This document shows positions 1 through 12,545 of a stretch of DNA of 64,000 bases, in pieces. A program made the translations under genes and the position numbers. How positions within the stretch are numbered: the stretch's first letter is position 1; the number at the start of each line of letters is the position of its first letter. Under the pieces are notes generated by a model. That model saw only the letters and a program-made list of their open reading frames with translations. It had not been told where the DNA came from and did no database searches. The stretch is from Mycobacteriales bacterium. GTDB taxonomy: Bacteria; Actinomycetota; Actinomycetes; JAFAQI01; DASSKL01. The stretch is from the NCBI GenBank assembly GCA_035690485.1, contig DASSKL010000102.1:63-64062 (forward strand), read 5' to 3'.

Positions 1-1217
1 GAAACAACAACGGCAACAACGGGGGCGGCGGGAACAACACGAACAACCCGCCCGGCAACAACGGCACGGTGAAGATTCACGACGTCGGCGCGAACGCCGC
101 CACCGACCCCGATCCGCGCAATCAACCCCACGTCGGCTGCACGTTCGTGACCGACTACTTCGGCTTCGACGCGAACCAGCCGCTCAGCGCTGCCTTCGTC
201 GCACAGCCGCCGTCCGGTCACGGCGAGGACCTCAACGCCCCGAACGGCAACGTCATCACCCTGGTGGGGTCGAGCGTGAATCCGGTCACCACGGACGCGG
301 ACGGCAACGGCAACTCGGGTAGCTTCCAGGATGCGACGCAGACCTGGAGTTTCGACGCCGACAAGGCGCAGACCCTGGGCCTGACGTACCAGCCGCAGCA
401 GGGCTACCACGTCCAGTTGACCGTCACGACGGGCCAGCCCGGCCCGAACGGCGTCAAGCACAAGGTGTTCTGGGTGAACTGCAACCAGAGCAGCACACCG
501 GGCGGGACGACATCAACGCCCAGCGGTGTCCAGGTCTGCAAGGCGACCATCTCTGGCCTCCCGGTGGGCGCTGCGGCGCCGAGTTTCCGCTTCAACGTCA
601 CGGGCGCCACACCGAACAGCGTGCGGGTAACCGCCGGAGGCCCATGCGTTCCGCTGACCCCGAACGCCAAGGCAACGACAGTGACGGTCACCGAAGTGCC
701 GGCCAACGGTTACACGCTGCAGGCCATCTCGGTAAACCCGTCGACTGCCGGCTCGGGGGACGTCAAGACTGGGACCGCCACCGTTGACGTCACCAACCCG
801 AGCGGCAGCGTTCCGACCGTCACGGTGACCTTCACCAATGCAGTCGCCACGGTCGGATCCGTCACTCCTCCCGGCGGGGGCGGTACACCTCCGGGTGGCG
901 GTAACACGCCTGGAGGCACCACGACGCCGCCGGTCGTGACACCGCCGGTAGTCACTCCGCCGGTCGTCCACCCGCAGACGCCCCCTCCGTCGGGCACGCA
1001 GGTCAGCCCGGTGAAGGTCGTCACCAGCACGCCGAGCACTCAGGTGCTCGGGGAGAAGTTCACTCGCTCGGCGACTCCGCAGGTCGCGGCCACCCAGGCC
1101 ACCACCCTGCCGTTCACCGGGGCGAGCCACACCGGTGCGCTCCTCACCTCCGGGCTGGGCGCGCTTCTCGGTGGCGGACTCCTCATGGTCGCCGGACGGA
1201 AGCGGCGTACGGCGTAG
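1..1217 (+). CDS. LPXTG-anchored cell-wall surface protein (5' end outside window)
   Basis: The frame is open from base 3 (NNNGNNGGGGNNTNNPPGNNGT run), so the listed GTG at 69 is probably internal. The C-terminus reads LPFTG, then a hydrophobic stretch, then RKRRTA, which is a sortase sorting signal. A Pro/Thr/Val-rich stalk includes 3x PPVVT (15-nt tandem repeat at 927-971). Confidence 0.85.
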   Translation, partial: NNNGNNGGGGNNTNNPPGNNGTVKIHDVGANAATDPDPRNQPHVGCTFVTDYFGFDANQPLSAAFVAQPPSGHGEDLNAPNGNVITLVGSSVNPVTTDADGNGNSGSFQDATQTWSFDADKAQTLGLTYQPQQGYHVQLTVTTGQPGPNGVKHKVFWVNCNQSSTPGGTTSTPSGVQVCKATISGLPVGAAAPSFRFNVTGATPNSVRVTAGGPCVPLTPNAKATTVTVTEVPANGYTLQAISVNPSTAGSGDVKTGTATVDVTNPSGSVPTVTVTFTNAVATVGSVTPPGGGGTPPGGGNTPGGTTTPPVVTPPVVTPPVVHPQTPPPSGTQVSPVKVVTSTPSTQVLGEKFTRSATPQVAATQATTLPFTGASHTGALLTSGLGALLGGGLLMVAGRKRRTA

Positions 1218-1241
1218 CAACGAACGCAGATCACCACTCCA

Positions 1242-1276
1242 GAACGGGCGTCGCGCCGCCAGCGCGACGCCCGTTC
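1242..1276 (+). terminator. Stem-loop, probable intrinsic terminator of the surface-protein gene
   Basis: Perfect 15-bp inverted repeat GAACGGGCGTCGCGC / GCGCGACGCCCGTTC with a 5-nt loop, 25 nt after the stop. There is no U-tract, which is usual in high-GC actinobacteria. Confidence 0.55.
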
Positions 1277-1300
1277 CGCGTCTCCGAGGCCGGTGGTTGT

Positions 1301-2020
1301 ATGGCGCCCATGCAGACAGCCACCGTCAACGTTGCCACCACCCAGGGGCGGATGCCGCTCTACGACGTCCGTCCCGACGGCCAGGCCAAGGGCGCCATCG
1401 TCGTTATCCAGGAGGCGTTCGGCGTCAACGACCACATCGAGGACGTGACCCGCCGTTTTGGCGCGGAGGGCTACCGAGCGGTGGCGCCGCATCTCTACTA
1501 CCGCACCGGCGACGGCGTGATCGCCTACGGCAACTTCCAGGAGGTCATGCCGCACGCGGGCGCGCTGACCTACAACGGGCTGCTCGACGACCTTGATGCG
1601 TCGCTCGGCTACCTCGAGGACGCCGGCTTCGTCGCCAAGCAGATCGGCGTCGTGGGCTTCTGCATGGGCGGCACCATCACGCTTTTCGCCGCTGCTCGGC
1701 TACCGATCGGTGCCGGCGTGAGCTTCTACGGCGGCGGCGTCGCCGAAGGGCGGTTCGGCATGCCGGCCGGTGTCGACCTGGCGCGGGACCTGCAGGCTCC
1801 GTGGCTCGGCCTCTACGGAGACCTCGACCAGTCGATCCCGGTCGAGGACGTCGAGCGGCTGCGGGAGGTCGCGGCCGGCGCGTCCGTACCGACCGAGGTC
1901 GTCCGCTACCCCGATGCCGGTCACGGCTTCCACTGCGACCAGCGGCCGGACTACCACGCGAGCGCGGCGCGCGACGCCTGGTCCCGGGCGCTGGCTTGGT
2001 TCGGCAAGCACCTCGGCTGA
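1301..2020 (+). CDS. Dienelactone hydrolase family protein (carboxymethylenebutenolidase-like)
   Basis: 239 aa. It has a G-F-C-M-G-G nucleophile elbow and a C-terminal D-A-G-H-G-F histidine motif. Length and layout are typical of the DLH alpha/beta fold. Confidence 0.85.
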   Translation: MAPMQTATVNVATTQGRMPLYDVRPDGQAKGAIVVIQEAFGVNDHIEDVTRRFGAEGYRAVAPHLYYRTGDGVIAYGNFQEVMPHAGALTYNGLLDDLDASLGYLEDAGFVAKQIGVVGFCMGGTITLFAAARLPIGAGVSFYGGGVAEGRFGMPAGVDLARDLQAPWLGLYGDLDQSIPVEDVERLREVAAGASVPTEVVRYPDAGHGFHCDQRPDYHASAARDAWSRALAWFGKHLG

Positions 2021-2152
2021 ACGTCGGACCAAGTCCGCCCCAAGCCCCGCAGGGGTGACTAGAGTCACAAACCGGGCACATCCGTGCGTAACCCGTGGGG
2101 GTTGGCGCTCGTTGGGCTCCGTGACCGCACCTCGAAACCCCCGGGAGCAACG

Positions 2153-3016
2153 GTGAGAGCTTGGCGCAGTGTGACTGCGGTGGCGGGCGCGATGACGCTC
2201 GCCGCGTCGGCCTACGCGGCGGTGCCGGCCACGGCCGCGACGACGGTGCCGACGATCCACCCCGGCGTGCAGACGATGACCAACGGCGCGCAGTGCACCG
2301 CCAACTTCGTCTACACCGACGGAAGCACCACCTACCTCGGCCAGGCCGCCCACTGCTCCGGCACCGGCGGCAACACCGCGACCGACGGCTGCACGTCGGG
2401 CTCGCTCCCGCTCGGCACGAAGGTCGACGTCCTCGCCGACGACGGGACGACCGTGACCGGCACGATGGTCTACAACTCGTGGCTGGCCATGCAGAAGGTC
2501 GGCGCGAACGACGCGAACGACGCGAACGCCTGCGCCTACAACGACCTGGCGCTGATCGCGATCCCGAGTGCCGACGCGGCGAAGGTCAGCCCGACGGTTC
2601 CGTTCTTCGGTGGCCCCACCGGCCTGGCGACGACCGGCACCCAGCAGGGCGACATGGTCTACAGCTACGGCAACTCCGAGCTCCGCCTCGGCCTGACTCA
2701 GCTCTCGCCCAAGGAGGGCATCAGCCTGGGCGACTCGGCCGGCGGCTGGACGCACCAGGTCTACACGATGACGCCGGGCATCCCGGGTGACTCGGGCAGC
2801 GGGTTCCTGACCGCTGACGGCAAGGCGCTCGGCGTGCTCAGCACGGTCGAGGTCGCGCCGGTACCCGGCAGCAACAACGTTGGCGACCTCTCCCACGAGC
2901 TGACCTGGCTCAACGGTCACCTCGGCCAGCTGCAGGGCAGCAACGGGTCGCCGGTCCACCTCGTGACCAGCTCGACGCCGTTCACGCCAGGCATCCTGGG
3001 CGTGGGCGGGCTGTAG
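2153..3016 (+). CDS. Secreted chymotrypsin-type (S1) serine protease
   Basis: The N-terminus looks like a signal peptide (...AMTLAASAYAAVPATAA). Triad motifs are AAHC, NDLALI and GDSGSG. The ORF opens at 2084, but the GTG at 2153 has a GGGAG upstream. A 9-nt tandem (GCGAACGAC x~3, ANDANDAN) lies at 2504-2530. Confidence 0.85.
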   Translation: MRAWRSVTAVAGAMTLAASAYAAVPATAATTVPTIHPGVQTMTNGAQCTANFVYTDGSTTYLGQAAHCSGTGGNTATDGCTSGSLPLGTKVDVLADDGTTVTGTMVYNSWLAMQKVGANDANDANACAYNDLALIAIPSADAAKVSPTVPFFGGPTGLATTGTQQGDMVYSYGNSELRLGLTQLSPKEGISLGDSAGGWTHQVYTMTPGIPGDSGSGFLTADGKALGVLSTVEVAPVPGSNNVGDLSHELTWLNGHLGQLQGSNGSPVHLVTSSTPFTPGILGVGGL

Positions 3017-3037
3017 GCCGAGTCCTCGTTCGACACG

Positions 3038-3074
3038 AGAGCAGGGACCGTCCCGCCGGGGCGGTCCCTGCTCT
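3038..3074. terminator. Strong hairpin between convergent protease and prcA genes (bidirectional terminator candidate)
   Basis: AGAGCAGGGACCG (3038-3050) pairs perfectly with CGGTCCCTGCTCT (3062-3074). The inner loop can extend the stem by a G-U pair plus CCC/GGG. T-rich flank on the plus side (CTCTTCGTCT). Confidence 0.55.
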
Positions 3075-3096
3075 TCGTCTGCGCCGATGCGCGGCT

Positions 3097-3822
3097 CTAG
3101 CCCTTTTCGCCGTTCGCCGGCGGTGCGGCCGCGCCGTCGGCCGACAGGAGCCGTTCGAGGGCGGGGCCGGTGATCCGCCGGAACTTGCGGCGTGGCCGGT
3201 TGCGGTCGAGAACGGCCACCTCGAGCTGCGACGAGGTCAAGCTCCGGGTGTCGTCAGCGGCATCGAGCGCCTCGACCGCCGCGCGTAGGGCGCCGGCGAG
3301 CGGCATGTCGTCGTGGTGCGTCTCCCGCAGCCGGGTCGAGATCGTGTCGGCCTGACCGCCCATGACGACGAAGCCCTGCTCGTCGGCGACGGAGCCGTCG
3401 TAGGTCAACCGGTACATCTGGTCGTCGGCGCGGCTCTCCCCCACCTCCGCCACGACGATCTCGACCTCGTAGGGCTTGTTGGTCTCGGTGAATATCGTGC
3501 CGAGGGTCTGGGCGTAGGCGTTGGCGAGGCTGCGCCCGGTCACGTCACGGCGGTCGTAGGAGTAGCCGCGCATGTCGGCCAGGCGCACCCCGGCGACGCG
3601 TAGGTTCTCGAACTCGTTGTACTTGCCGACCGCGGCGAAGCCGATGCGGTCGTAGATCTCGCTGACCTTGTGCAGCGCGCTCGACGGGTTCTCGGCGACG
3701 AAGAGGATGCCGTCCTCGTAGGCGAGGGCGAGGACGCTGCGGCCGCGCGCGATGCCCTTGCGGGCGTAGTCGGCCTTGTCCTTCATCGCCTGTTCGGGCG
3801 AGACGTAGAACGGCATCGTCAC
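3097..3822 (-). CDS. prcA: 20S proteasome alpha subunit
   Basis: N-terminus [30 protein letters not shown] is the hallmark PrcA start. It sits directly downstream of prcB. Confidence 0.95.
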   Translation of the reverse strand: MTMPFYVSPEQAMKDKADYARKGIARGRSVLALAYEDGILFVAENPSSALHKVSEIYDRIGFAAVGKYNEFENLRVAGVRLADMRGYSYDRRDVTGRSLANAYAQTLGTIFTETNKPYEVEIVVAEVGESRADDQMYRLTYDGSVADEQGFVVMGGQADTISTRLRETHHDDMPLAGALRAAVEALDAADDTRSLTSSQLEVAVLDRNRPRRKFRRITGPALERLLSADGAAAPPANGEKG

Positions 3823-3862
3823 GGGCGGCGCTCCTCGCGGCGGTCGGAGGGGTGTGGGGGGC

Positions 3863-4726
3863 TCAGGTGGTGCGCAGCGGCGCGGGCACGCCGCCCGGGT
3901 TTGTCATCCGCTCGTCGACGACGGTGTGTACGACGGAGGCCACGTCGTCCTCGCCGAGACGGCGGAAACCTTCGTCGGTGACCGACGCGACGACCGGGAA
4001 GATGCGTCGGGTCAGGTCGGGACCGCCGGTGGCGGAGTCGTCGTCGGCGGCATCGTAGAGCGCGTTGACGCAGGCGAGCACCGCGTCGTCCTCGGTGAAG
4101 TCGTCGCGGAACGTCTTCTTCAGCGCGCCGCGGGCGAACAGGCTGCCCGAGCCGACCGAGTGGAACGAATGCTCCTCGTAACGGCCGCCGGTCACGTCGT
4201 AGGAGAAGATGCGCCCGGCCTTCGTCGGGTCGTCGACCTCGTGGTCGTAACCCGCGAAGAGCGGCACGACGGCGAGGCCCTGCATGGCCATCGGCAGGTT
4301 GCCGCGGACGAGCATCGACAGCCGGTTGGCCTTGCCGTCCATCGACAGCGTCGTGCCCTCGATCTTTTCGTAGTGCTCGAGCTCGACCTGGAACAGACGC
4401 ACCAGCTCGACCGCCACACCCGCGGTGCCGGCGATGCCGACGCAGGAGAACTCGTCGGCCTGGAAGACCTTCTCGATGTCGCGCTGGGCGATGACGTTGC
4501 CCATCGTCGCCCGCCGGTCGCCGGCCATGACCACACCACCGCGGTGGGTCACGGCCACGATCGTGGTGCCGTGCGGGACCTCGAGCGGTGGGTGCCCGTC
4601 AGCCATGAGGCGCCGCCCAGGAAGGAGGTCGGGTGCGTGCGCGGAGAGGAACTCGGCGAAGGAGCTCACGCCCGGCGTGAGGAACGCGGTCGGGAGACGC
4701 CCGGCGCCACCGTGATCTAGCGACAC
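3863..4726 (-). CDS. prcB: 20S proteasome beta subunit (with propeptide)
   Basis: Propeptide followed by HG|TTIVAV, giving an N-terminal catalytic Thr after processing. GGAGGA RBS upstream of the GTG start. Position between pup and prcA. Confidence 0.95.
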   Translation of the reverse strand: MSLDHGGAGRLPTAFLTPGVSSFAEFLSAHAPDLLPGRRLMADGHPPLEVPHGTTIVAVTHRGGVVMAGDRRATMGNVIAQRDIEKVFQADEFSCVGIAGTAGVAVELVRLFQVELEHYEKIEGTTLSMDGKANRLSMLVRGNLPMAMQGLAVVPLFAGYDHEVDDPTKAGRIFSYDVTGGRYEEHSFHSVGSGSLFARGALKKTFRDDFTEDDAVLACVNALYDAADDDSATGGPDLTRRIFPVVASVTDEGFRRLGEDDVASVVHTVVDERMTNPGGVPAPLRTT

Positions 4727-4791
4727 CTGGGTCCTCCGAGATAGTTGACAGCGGCGAGCAGAAGATCGATGCGGAATCCAAGACTTCTATT

Positions 4792-5007
4792 TCATTCTCC
4801 GCCTTTCTGTACATAGCTCTTGACAAAGTCCTCCGCATTCTCCTCGAGCACGGAATCGATTTCGTCGAGCATGTCGTCGACATCTTCGCTGAGCTTTTCG
4901 TGCCTTTCCTGGACGTCGCTCGACGGTGCCGCCTCGACGGCGGCTTCGTCGGCCTCGTCCGAGCGCCGGGTCTGGCGCTGCTGTCCGCCGCTGTCGGTGG
5001 TAGCCAT
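4792..5007 (-). CDS. pup: Prokaryotic ubiquitin-like protein Pup, C-terminal GGE
   Basis: Ends ...[25 protein letters not shown] prefer the internal ATG at 5007 (MATTDSGG..., 71 aa) because GGAGGG lies 4 nt upstream. The track ORF extends to 5037. Confidence 0.9.
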   Translation of the reverse strand: MATTDSGGQQRQTRRSDEADEAAVEAAPSSDVQERHEKLSEDVDDMLDEIDSVLEENAEDFVKSYVQKGGE

Positions 5008-5157
5008 CGGTCCCTCCGCAGGTGTCGTCGGAAACATCCCGCATCGCCGACCCTATCCCCGACCCATGACGTTCCGAGGCACGCGCTGCTGTCCGCGCAC
5101 CGCCGGTTGACACGGGAGAAGGCGAACGAAGACGCGGAAACGCGCGCCCCTCGGACG

Positions 5158-6681
5158 TCAGCGGCCGAGCGCGTCCACCAACTCGGCCGCGGTGTCGCAG
5201 CGGTCGAGCAGGTCGCCCACGTGCGCGCGGGTACCGCGCAAGGGCTCCAGGGTCGGCACCCGTTGGAGGGACTCCCGGCCGACGTCGAAGATGACCGAGT
5301 CCCAGGAGGCGGCCGCCACCGAGGCGGCGTACTTGTCGAGGCAGCGGCCACGGAAGTAGGCCCGGGTGTCCTCGGGCGGCTCGGTGACGGCGCGGCGTAC
5401 GGCGTCCTCGTCGACGAGACGCTGCATCCGCCCCCGCGCGACGAGCCGGTTGTAGAGACCTTTGCCGGGGCGTACGTCGGAGTACTGCAGGTCGACGAGC
5501 GCGAGCTTGTGCGCCCCCCAGTCGAGACCCTCGCGGTCGCGGTAGCCCTGCAGCAGCGACAGCTTCGCCACCCAGTCGAGCTCACCGGCGAGCGACATCG
5601 GGTCGTCGACGAGGCGGTCGAGGGTCGCCTCCCAGCGGTGCAACACGTCGAGCGTCTGCTCGTCGGCGTCGACGCCGTAGCGGTCTTCGACGTACTTGCG
5701 AGCCTGCTCCAGGTACGCCATCTGCAGCTCGACGCCGGTCATCCGGCGGCCGTCGCGCAGGACCGCCTGGTGGGACAGCGTGTGGTCGTGCGAGATCGCC
5801 CGCAACGCGGCCACCGGTGTCTCCACGGTGAAGTCCATCGCGTTGTCGGAGAGCCACCGGTCCTCGATCATGGCGAGGACGAGCGCGGTGGTGCCGACCT
5901 TGAGATAGGTCGAGACCTCGCTCATGTTGGCGTCGCCGATGATCACGTGCAGCCGGCGGTACTTTTCCGGGTCGGCGTGCGGCTCGTCCCGGGTGTTGAT
6001 GATCGGCCGCTTCAACGTCGTCTCCAGGCCGACCTCGACCTCGAAGAAGTCGGCCCGCTGGGAGATCTGGAAGCCCTGCCCCCGCCCATCGGCCCCGATC
6101 CCGATGCGCCCGGCGCCGCACACGACCTGCCGGGAGACGAAGAACGGCGTCAGGTGCCGGACGATGTCGGCAAACGGCGTCGCCCGGGCCATCAGGTAGT
6201 TCTCGTGGCAGCCGTACGACGCGCCCTTGTTGTCGGTGTTGTTCTTGTAGAGCTGGATGGGCGAGGCGCCGGGGATCTGGCCGGCCAGTTCGGCGGCCGC
6301 GAGCATGACCCGCTCCCCCGCCTTGTCCCAGAGCACGACGTCGAGCGGGTTGGTGCACTCCGGAGTGGAGTACTCGGGGTGCGCGTGGTCGACGTAGAAG
6401 CGCGCGCCGTTGGTCAGGATGACGTTGGCGAGGCCCAGCTCCTCGTCGGACAGCGGCTCGACACTCTCGCGCATGCTGCCCGCCATCTCGAACCCACGAG
6501 CGTCGCGCAGCGGGGACTCCTCCTCGAAGTCCCACCGCGGTCGGCGGTCGGCGGTGCGGGTGGTCGCGGCGAGGTAGGCGTTGACGATCTGGCTCGACGC
6601 CATCATGTGGTTCGCGCCGGCGACCGCGGGCACCGCGATGCCGTACTCGGTCTCCGTGCCCATGACCCGCCGGACCGTCAT
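5158..6681 (-). CDS. dop: Pup deamidase/depupylase Dop
   Basis: 507 aa. N-terminus ...MGTETEYGI belongs to the PafA/Dop carboxylate-amine ligase family. The length (about 500 aa rather than about 450 for PafA) and the position between arc and pup argue for Dop. Confidence 0.88.
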   Translation of the reverse strand: MTVRRVMGTETEYGIAVPAVAGANHMMASSQIVNAYLAATTRTADRRPRWDFEEESPLRDARGFEMAGSMRESVEPLSDEELGLANVILTNGARFYVDHAHPEYSTPECTNPLDVVLWDKAGERVMLAAAELAGQIPGASPIQLYKNNTDNKGASYGCHENYLMARATPFADIVRHLTPFFVSRQVVCGAGRIGIGADGRGQGFQISQRADFFEVEVGLETTLKRPIINTRDEPHADPEKYRRLHVIIGDANMSEVSTYLKVGTTALVLAMIEDRWLSDNAMDFTVETPVAALRAISHDHTLSHQAVLRDGRRMTGVELQMAYLEQARKYVEDRYGVDADEQTLDVLHRWEATLDRLVDDPMSLAGELDWVAKLSLLQGYRDREGLDWGAHKLALVDLQYSDVRPGKGLYNRLVARGRMQRLVDEDAVRRAVTEPPEDTRAYFRGRCLDKYAASVAAASWDSVIFDVGRESLQRVPTLEPLRGTRAHVGDLLDRCDTAAELVDALGR

Positions 6682-6703
6682 GGGTTCAGCGTAGGCGTCG
6701 CGC

Positions 6704-8464
6704 TCAGAGGTACTGGCCCGTGTTGGCCACGGTGTCGATGGAACGGCCGGTGTCGGTGCCCTTGCCGGAGACCAGCGTGCGGATGTAGACGATCCGCTCG
6801 CCCTTCTTGCCCGAGATCCGCGCCCAGTCGTCGGGGTTGGTGGTGTTGGGCAGGTCTTCGTTCTCCTTGAACTCGTCGATGCAGGCGGCGAGCAGGTGGG
6901 CGACCCGGATGCCCTTCTGATTCGTGTCGAGGTAGTCCTTGATCGCCATCTTCTTGGCCCGCGCCACGATGTTCTCGATCATGGCGCCGGAGTTGAAGTC
7001 CTTGAAGTAGAGGACTTCCTTGTCACCGTTGGCGTAGGTCACCTCGAGGAAGCGGTTGTCCTCGGTCTCGGTGTACATCCGCTCGACGACGGTCTGGATC
7101 ATCGCCTGCACGCACGCGTCGGCGCTGCCGCCGTGCTCGGCGAGGTCGTCGGGGTGCAACGGCAGCGACTCGGTGAGGTACTTCGAGAAGATGTCGCGCG
7201 CGGCCTCCGCGTCGGGCCGGGCGATCTTGATCTTCACGTCGAGGCGCCCGGGGCGCAGGATCGCGGGGTCGATCATGTCCTCGCGGTTGGACGCGCCGAT
7301 GACGATGACGTTCTCGAGCCCCTCGACGCCGTCGATCTCCGAGAGCAGCTGGGGCACGATCGTGTTCTCGACGTCGGAGGACACGCCGCTGCCGCGGGTG
7401 CGGAAGATCGAGTCCATCTCGTCGAAGAAGACGATGACCGGCGTGCCCTCGCTCGCCTTCTCGCGAGCCCGCTGGAACACCAGCCGGATGTGGCGCTCGG
7501 TCTCCCCGACGTACTTGTTGAGCAGCTCCGGGCCCTTGATGTTGAGGAAGAACGACCGCCCCTCCGGCTTGCCGGTGACCTTCGCCACCTGCTTGGCGAG
7601 CGAGTTGGCGACGGCCTTGGCGATCAGCGTCTTGCCGCAACCGGGTGGGCCGTAGAGCAGCACGCCCTTGGGCGGCTTGAGCTGGTGCTCGGAGAACAGG
7701 TCCTTGTGCAGGTAGGGCAGCTCGACCGCGTCGCGGATCTGCTCGATCTGGTCGCGCAGGCCACCGATCGACGCGTAGTCGATGTCGGGCACCTCTTCGA
7801 GGACGAGCTCCTCGACCTCGGACTTCGGGATCCGCTCGTAGGCGTAGCCGGAACGCGGCTCGACGAGCAGGGAGTCGCCGGCACGGATCGGCTGGTCGAC
7901 GAGGGAGTCGGCCAGCATGACGACGCGCTCCTCGTCCGCATGGCCGATGACGAGTGCGCGGTCGCCGCCCTCGAGCAGCTCCTTGAGCAGCACGACGTCT
8001 CCCTGCCGCTCGAACTCACGGGCGAGCACCACGTTGAGCGCCTCGTTGAGCATGACCTCCTGGCCCTTGCGCAGCGAGGTCACCTCGATGTCGGGGCTGA
8101 CGTTGACCCGCAGCTTGCGGCCGCCGGTGAAGACGTCGACGGTGCCGTCGTCCTGGGCGGCCAGGAACGTGCCGTAACCGCTCGGTGGCTGGGCGAGCCG
8201 GTCGACCTCCTCCTTGAGCGCGACGATCTGCTCGCGTGCTTCTTTCAGGGTGGAGACGAGACGCTCGTTCTGACCGACGACGCCGGAGAGGTTTGCCTGC
8301 GCGTCGGCGAGCCGGCTCTCGAGGGCCCGGACCTGGCGTGGGGACTCGGCGAGCTTGCGGCGCAGCAGCGCGACCTCCTCCTCGAGGAAGGCGAGCTGCG
8401 TCGAGAGGTCGTGGACCTCTTTCTCGTAGCGCGCCGCGCGCTCTTCAGCGTCGTCGCGAGGCAT
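6704..8464 (-). CDS. arc: Proteasome-associated AAA ATPase ARC/Mpa
   Basis: N-terminal coiled coil, Walker A GPPGCGKT, Walker [10 protein letters not shown]-terminal ...NTGQYL proteasome-docking tail. Confidence 0.95.
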   Translation of the reverse strand: MPRDDAEERAARYEKEVHDLSTQLAFLEEEVALLRRKLAESPRQVRALESRLADAQANLSGVVGQNERLVSTLKEAREQIVALKEEVDRLAQPPSGYGTFLAAQDDGTVDVFTGGRKLRVNVSPDIEVTSLRKGQEVMLNEALNVVLAREFERQGDVVLLKELLEGGDRALVIGHADEERVVMLADSLVDQPIRAGDSLLVEPRSGYAYERIPKSEVEELVLEEVPDIDYASIGGLRDQIEQIRDAVELPYLHKDLFSEHQLKPPKGVLLYGPPGCGKTLIAKAVANSLAKQVAKVTGKPEGRSFFLNIKGPELLNKYVGETERHIRLVFQRAREKASEGTPVIVFFDEMDSIFRTRGSGVSSDVENTIVPQLLSEIDGVEGLENVIVIGASNREDMIDPAILRPGRLDVKIKIARPDAEAARDIFSKYLTESLPLHPDDLAEHGGSADACVQAMIQTVVERMYTETEDNRFLEVTYANGDKEVLYFKDFNSGAMIENIVARAKKMAIKDYLDTNQKGIRVAHLLAACIDEFKENEDLPNTTNPDDWARISGKKGERIVYIRTLVSGKGTDTGRSIDTVANTGQYL

Positions 8465-8597
8465 GGGCCCTCACCTCCTCCGGCGTACCGGCTAGGAAGT
8501 CACCCTACCGTCGGCGCCACGGACGTGGACGCCTGTTGCAAGGCTCGACACTGCTCCATGTCCCTCCGATACGGCGGGATCAACACGCAGGTTGTCG

Positions 8598-10660
<2,063 letters not shown>

Positions 10661-10699
10661 CTCTCCGATGCTACGGCGCGGAAGCGATCATGGGCGCCG

Positions 10700-11641
10700 A
10701 TGGAAATCGCGACACTTTTCCCCATCGAGCCCGCTCGGCCGGAAACTGTCGGCGAGCTGCCGTACGGTCCCGTTGTGACCGCGCTCGAGACCGATCCGCC
10801 AGGCGTCGTCGACGTCATCGGCTCACTGTCACCTTCACGGGCCGGCGACTTCATGACCTGCCCGTTGCTCTACCGCTTCCGGGTCATCGACCGGTTGCCC
10901 GAGCGGCCGAGTCGCGAGGCCACCCGCGGCACGATGGTCCACTCGGTGCTCGAGCGGTTGTTCGACCTGCCGGCGCCACTGCGCACACCCGCGGCGGCGG
11001 CCGACCTGCTGCGGCCGGCGTGGGAGGAGATGGTCGCGGCCGAGCCCGAGCTGGCCGAGATGTTCGACGGCGACGACGACCTCGGCCAGTGGCTCGTCTC
11101 GGCGCAGAGCCTGCTCGACGGCTACTTCACCCTCGAGGACCCGCGCCGCCTCGACCCGGCCGAGCGCGAGCAGCTGGTCGAGGTGGTGCTCGACTCCGGG
11201 CTGCGCCTGCGCGGGTTCGTCGACCGGCTCGACCGGGCGCCGACCGGCGAGGTGCGGGTCGTCGACTACAAGACCGGCAAGGCGCCCGGTGAGGCCTTCG
11301 AGGCCAAGGCGCTCTTCCAGATGAAGTTCTACGCGCTGGTGCTGTGGCGATCGACGGGTGAGATCCCCCGCCTGCTGCAGCTCATCTACCTGGGCGACCG
11401 CGAGGTGCTGCGCTACGCACCCGACGAGCGCGACCTGGTGGCCACCGAGCGCAAGGTCGAGGCGTTGTGGGCCGCGATCAGCAAGGCGATGGAGACCGGC
11501 GACTGGCGCGAGCGACCGAGCCGCCTCTGCGACTGGTGCGACCACAAGGCCTTCTGCCCCGCGTTCGGCGGCACGCCACCGCCACTGCCGCCGCCGTCTG
11601 CCACCCCGACGGACATCCCAGCCACCGCCGCGGAGGCGTGA
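10700..11641 (+). CDS. RecB-family PD-(D/E)XK nuclease with C-terminal Cys cluster
   Basis: VVDYKTGK (D-x-K nuclease motif), QMKFY, and C-terminal CDWCDHKAFC, an AddB/Cas4-like Fe-S Cys pattern. The ATG at 10700 is chosen because the upstream part of the track ORF is antisense to the S2P gene. Confidence 0.8.
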   Translation: MEIATLFPIEPARPETVGELPYGPVVTALETDPPGVVDVIGSLSPSRAGDFMTCPLLYRFRVIDRLPERPSREATRGTMVHSVLERLFDLPAPLRTPAAAADLLRPAWEEMVAAEPELAEMFDGDDDLGQWLVSAQSLLDGYFTLEDPRRLDPAEREQLVEVVLDSGLRLRGFVDRLDRAPTGEVRVVDYKTGKAPGEAFEAKALFQMKFYALVLWRSTGEIPRLLQLIYLGDREVLRYAPDERDLVATERKVEALWAAISKAMETGDWRERPSRLCDWCDHKAFCPAFGGTPPPLPPPSATPTDIPATAAEA

Positions 11642-11741
11642 CGTTCGTCCCGTCGATTCGGCCCGAAATCCCACGTCGAGCCGGTCAGGTTGGCCTAGCC
11701 TGGGGCGCACTCACCCCCGCACTTCTGCATGGAGTTGACTC

Positions 11742-12542
11742 GTGCCTGCCACGGCCCAGCCGGCTCAGCCTGCCTCAGACGGCGCCGTCCGACCCGGCGG
11801 CGCCGCCGCCCGCGCCCGGGACCTGACCAAGGTCTACGGCGAGGGCCTCACCCGCGTCGTCGCCCTCGACGACGTGACCGTGGAGTTCGCCTCCGGCCAG
11901 CTCACCGCGATCATGGGGCCGTCCGGCTCCGGCAAGTCCACGCTGATGCACTGCCTGGCTGGGCTCGACACGCCGACCAGCGGGCAGGTCTTCGTCGGTG
12001 ACGCGGAGCTGTCCGCGCTCGACGACAAGCGGCTCACCGAGCTGCGGCGCGACCGCATCGGGTTCGTCTTCCAGGCCTTCAACCTGGTACCAACGCTCAC
12101 CGCGCTGGAGAACATCACGCTGCCGCTCGACCTCGCCGGTCGCAAGCCGGACCAGGCGTGGCTCGACCGGGTCGTCGACACCGTCGGTCTGCGCGACCGG
12201 CTCGACCACCGGCCGAGCGAGCTGTCCGGCGGCCAGCAGCAACGGGTCGCCTGTGCCCGGGCGCTGGCCAGCCGGCCCGACGTCGTCTTCGCCGACGAAC
12301 CGACCGGCAACCTCGACTCGCGCTCCAGCGGCGAGGTGCTCGCGTTCCTTCGCGCGTCGGTCGACGAGATGGGCCAGACGATCATCATCGTGACGCACGA
12401 CCCGGCCGCCGCGGCCTACGCCGACCGCGCGCTGTTCCTGGCCGACGGGCGGATCGTCGACGAGATGGCCGACCCGACGGCCGAGCGGGTGCTCGACCAG
12501 ATGAAGAGCTTTGACGTTGCGGCTCCGCAGAAGCAAGGCTGA
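11742..12542 (+). CDS. ABC transporter ATP-binding protein (MacB/LolD-type)
   Basis: Walker A GPSGSGKST, signature LSGGQQQRVACARAL, Walker B VVFADEPTGNLD. Confidence 0.92.
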   Translation: MPATAQPAQPASDGAVRPGGAAARARDLTKVYGEGLTRVVALDDVTVEFASGQLTAIMGPSGSGKSTLMHCLAGLDTPTSGQVFVGDAELSALDDKRLTELRRDRIGFVFQAFNLVPTLTALENITLPLDLAGRKPDQAWLDRVVDTVGLRDRLDHRPSELSGGQQQRVACARALASRPDVVFADEPTGNLDSRSSGEVLAFLRASVDEMGQTIIIVTHDPAAAAYADRALFLADGRIVDEMADPTAERVLDQMKSFDVAAPQKQG

Positions 12543-12545
12543 CCC

